From Candidatus Saccharimonadia bacterium (lineage in GTDB: Bacteria; Patescibacteriota; Saccharimonadia; UBA4664), in the NCBI GenBank assembly GCA_036266515.1, contig DATAMV010000111.1, forward strand, positions 1-26,738: a stretch of DNA of 26,738 bases. Direction: 5' to 3'. Below are positions 25,216-26,738 of this stretch, piece by piece (the stretch's first letter is position 1; the number at the start of each line of letters is the position of its first letter). Below the pieces are notes generated by a model, which searched no databases, was not told where the DNA came from, and saw nothing but the letters and a program-made list of their open reading frames with translations. The position numbers and the translations under genes are program-made.

Positions 25216-25244
25216 TTGAAAATTCTTGATTTCTGTGTTATAAA
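25216..25244 (+). promoter_or_regulatory. Distal promoter for the plsC-like gene (TTGAAA-17-TATAAA, extended TG)
   Basis: -35 25216-25221, -10 25239-25244; the -35 lies within a TTCTTGA direct repeat. Confidence 0.55.
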
Positions 25245-25262
25245 AATAGTTGTTAACCTATT

Positions 25263-25291
25263 CTGACATTGTCTGACATTTTCACTATAAT
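25263..25291 (+). promoter_or_regulatory. Proximal promoter for the plsC-like gene (CTGACA-17-TATAAT)
   Basis: -35 25263-25268, -10 25286-25291, 10 nt before ATG 25302; overlaps a TCTGACATT direct repeat. Confidence 0.6.
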
Positions 25292-25301
25292 TGGGAATTA
25301 A

Positions 25302-25946
25302 ATGGACATTGATACCACTGCTTATTCAATGAGCGAACCGGGCATCTACGGGATGCATCGATACATTGCCATTGCGCAACTAAGCGTCATGGCAGTTGGT
25401 GGGTTTATTAATTTCATATTGCTGCGGCACTTCAAGCGTCAGCTTAAGATTGCGGACATTGAGCCGGGCATGCGCTACGTGGTGGCTTCAAACCACCAGA
25501 CGTTTTTGGACCCGTTCGTAGTTCCGGCATTTTTCTCGTTTCGACTATGGGGAAAACTTGGCCGTCCGCATACGATGGTGGCAAATCGCTTTTTCCGTAA
25601 TCCCATTTTTGGATTTTATCTGCGCAGCGTCGGCTGCTTCCCCGCCCGGGTGCATGCTACCGATCCGTATGGACTTGACTATGCAAGGGTCCACCTGGAT
25701 AGGGGCGAATCGGTCATTATTTATCCCGAAGGCAAGCTCAGCCGCCGGCGCCAAAACCGTGCTCACAACGGCATAATGGTCCTGGCCCACCAGCCAAACG
25801 TCCGTGTCATTCCTGTTCACATCGAATGGCGGCGCAATCGGTGGGGTTTCTATATTTTGGACGCGTGTGTTGGCAAGCCGTTTGACGCTCGCCAGATGCT
25901 AGCCGAAGAGATTCTCGAGTATATCTACTCTGTTCCGGTCGATTAG
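25302..25946 (+). CDS. Lysophospholipid/1-acyl-sn-glycerol-3-phosphate acyltransferase family (PlsC-like)
   Basis: NHQTFLDP (HxxxxD), GCFP, IYPEG, IPVHI; N-terminal hydrophobic segment. Confidence 0.88.
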   Translation: MDIDTTAYSMSEPGIYGMHRYIAIAQLSVMAVGGFINFILLRHFKRQLKIADIEPGMRYVVASNHQTFLDPFVVPAFFSFRLWGKLGRPHTMVANRFFRNPIFGFYLRSVGCFPARVHATDPYGLDYARVHLDRGESVIIYPEGKLSRRRQNRAHNGIMVLAHQPNVRVIPVHIEWRRNRWGFYILDACVGKPFDARQMLAEEILEYIYSVPVD

Positions 25947-26011
25947 GGTCTTCGGCTACTCGCGGCTTGGGACCGCTGGAATTTGATCTGGGTTGTGCTA
26001 GGATGCAAGGT

Positions 26012-26738
26012 ATGAATACTGCTTATTCTCCATGGCTCGTATCACCTAATGCAGCCCCGGAATCGGCGGCTGAGATTCTCTCCTACCTCATTGATTTTGC
26101 GGTGCTGGCACCCTCGAGCCACAACACCCAACCGTGGCAGTTCCGCGTGAACGGCGACGCCCTTGAGGTATACGCGGACCAGGCGCGGCGGTTGCCGGTA
26201 GCTGACCCCACTGATCGCCAACTCTACATTAGCCTGGGAGCGGCGCTTGAGAATATTGAGCGGGCGGCGGCGGCGATTGGTAAGTCTGCCGTTGTTAGGT
26301 ATGTATTGGACGGAGACTTGGCTGCCCGCGTGACGGTCCAAACTGGTGCATATGGCGTCGCGGATGCTCGTACAGCCATGATTGCGCGGCGTAGCACGCG
26401 TCTGCCGTTTGCGCTCGATCCGCTGGCTGGTCCGCTGGTGGACGGAATCACTGCCGCTGGGCGCGGAGGCACGGCCGTGCATTTGCTGCAGGAGCGGCCG
26501 GAAGTGGAGGCAGTGGCGCGCATTAACGCCGACGCCAGCGGCCGGGCGCTGTCCGATCCGGTATTCCGCATGGAGCTGGTGAAATGGGTGCGCAACAACT
26601 GGACCAAACAACCCGACGGCATGCCGGGTTTTGTGCAGAATATTCCCGGACCAGTCTCCCTGCTCGCACCCGTTATTATGCGCAAAGTGAATATCGGCCC
26701 AGACCAGGCCAAGAAGGATTACGCGCTGTTTGCGGCCA
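26012..26738 (+). CDS. Acg-family FMN-binding nitroreductase-like protein (partial, runs off right edge)
   Basis: Not in the track (no stop in window). Open frame from ATG 26012: ...FAVLAPSSHNTQPWQF...RRLPVADPTDRQLYISLGAALEN...FRMELVKWVR...DGMPG. TG-C-TAGGAT lies 7 nt upstream of the ATG. Confidence 0.88.
   Translation, partial: MNTAYSPWLVSPNAAPESAAEILSYLIDFAVLAPSSHNTQPWQFRVNGDALEVYADQARRLPVADPTDRQLYISLGAALENIERAAAAIGKSAVVRYVLDGDLAARVTVQTGAYGVADARTAMIARRSTRLPFALDPLAGPLVDGITAAGRGGTAVHLLQERPEVEAVARINADASGRALSDPVFRMELVKWVRNNWTKQPDGMPGFVQNIPGPVSLLAPVIMRKVNIGPDQAKKDYALFAA

Noticed and set aside
26042-26712. Minus-strand ORFs 26042-26611 and 26224-26712
   Set aside because: The real gene is the + strand Acg-like frame from 26012, which the track missed because it has no stop in the window.
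1-26738. CRISPR arrays, IS elements, prophage genes, rRNA, genetic code 25
   Set aside because: No regularly spaced repeats, transposase, integrase or phage motifs seen. TGA acts as a stop in several overlapping junctions.

Overview
A compact, gene-dense, moderately GC-rich bacterial window using the standard genetic code (TGA is a stop). Gene content and style suggest a small-genome Patescibacteria/CPR organism such as Saccharimonadia, but this is inference. Left to right: (1) a minus-strand surface-glycan locus (Wzx flippase, GtrB/ArnC-like GT2, GT4, GT2, partial GT4) divergent from tRNA-Glu(TTC); (2) a stand-alone 7TM protein and general-stress-type genes (Fet4-like, SDR, DUF6496) plus DUF4153; (3) a tightly coupled five-gene operon: argG fused to a CarB-type MGS allosteric domain, a pentein amidino-hydrolase, a minimal CodA-like amidohydrolase, an APH/ThrB-like kinase and a GNAT, with no argH; (4) beside it pyrD-like, pyrF and pyrE, an EamA-like transporter and an orphan purD; (5) a polysaccharide deacetylase and orphan membrane proteins; (6) a cassette of FeeM/LuxI-fold acyltransferase, SAM methyltransferase, 7TM-GAF histidine kinase and single-domain receiver, divergent from plsC-like and Acg-type nitroreductase genes. 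The two strongest leads are both inferred, not shown: an arginine/argininosuccinate-fed, carbamoyl-phosphate-independent route into pyrimidine synthesis, and a signal-synthase plus receptor (quorum-sensing-like, possibly N-acyl amino acid/oxazolone) module. All family assignments come from motif recognition; no database search was run.
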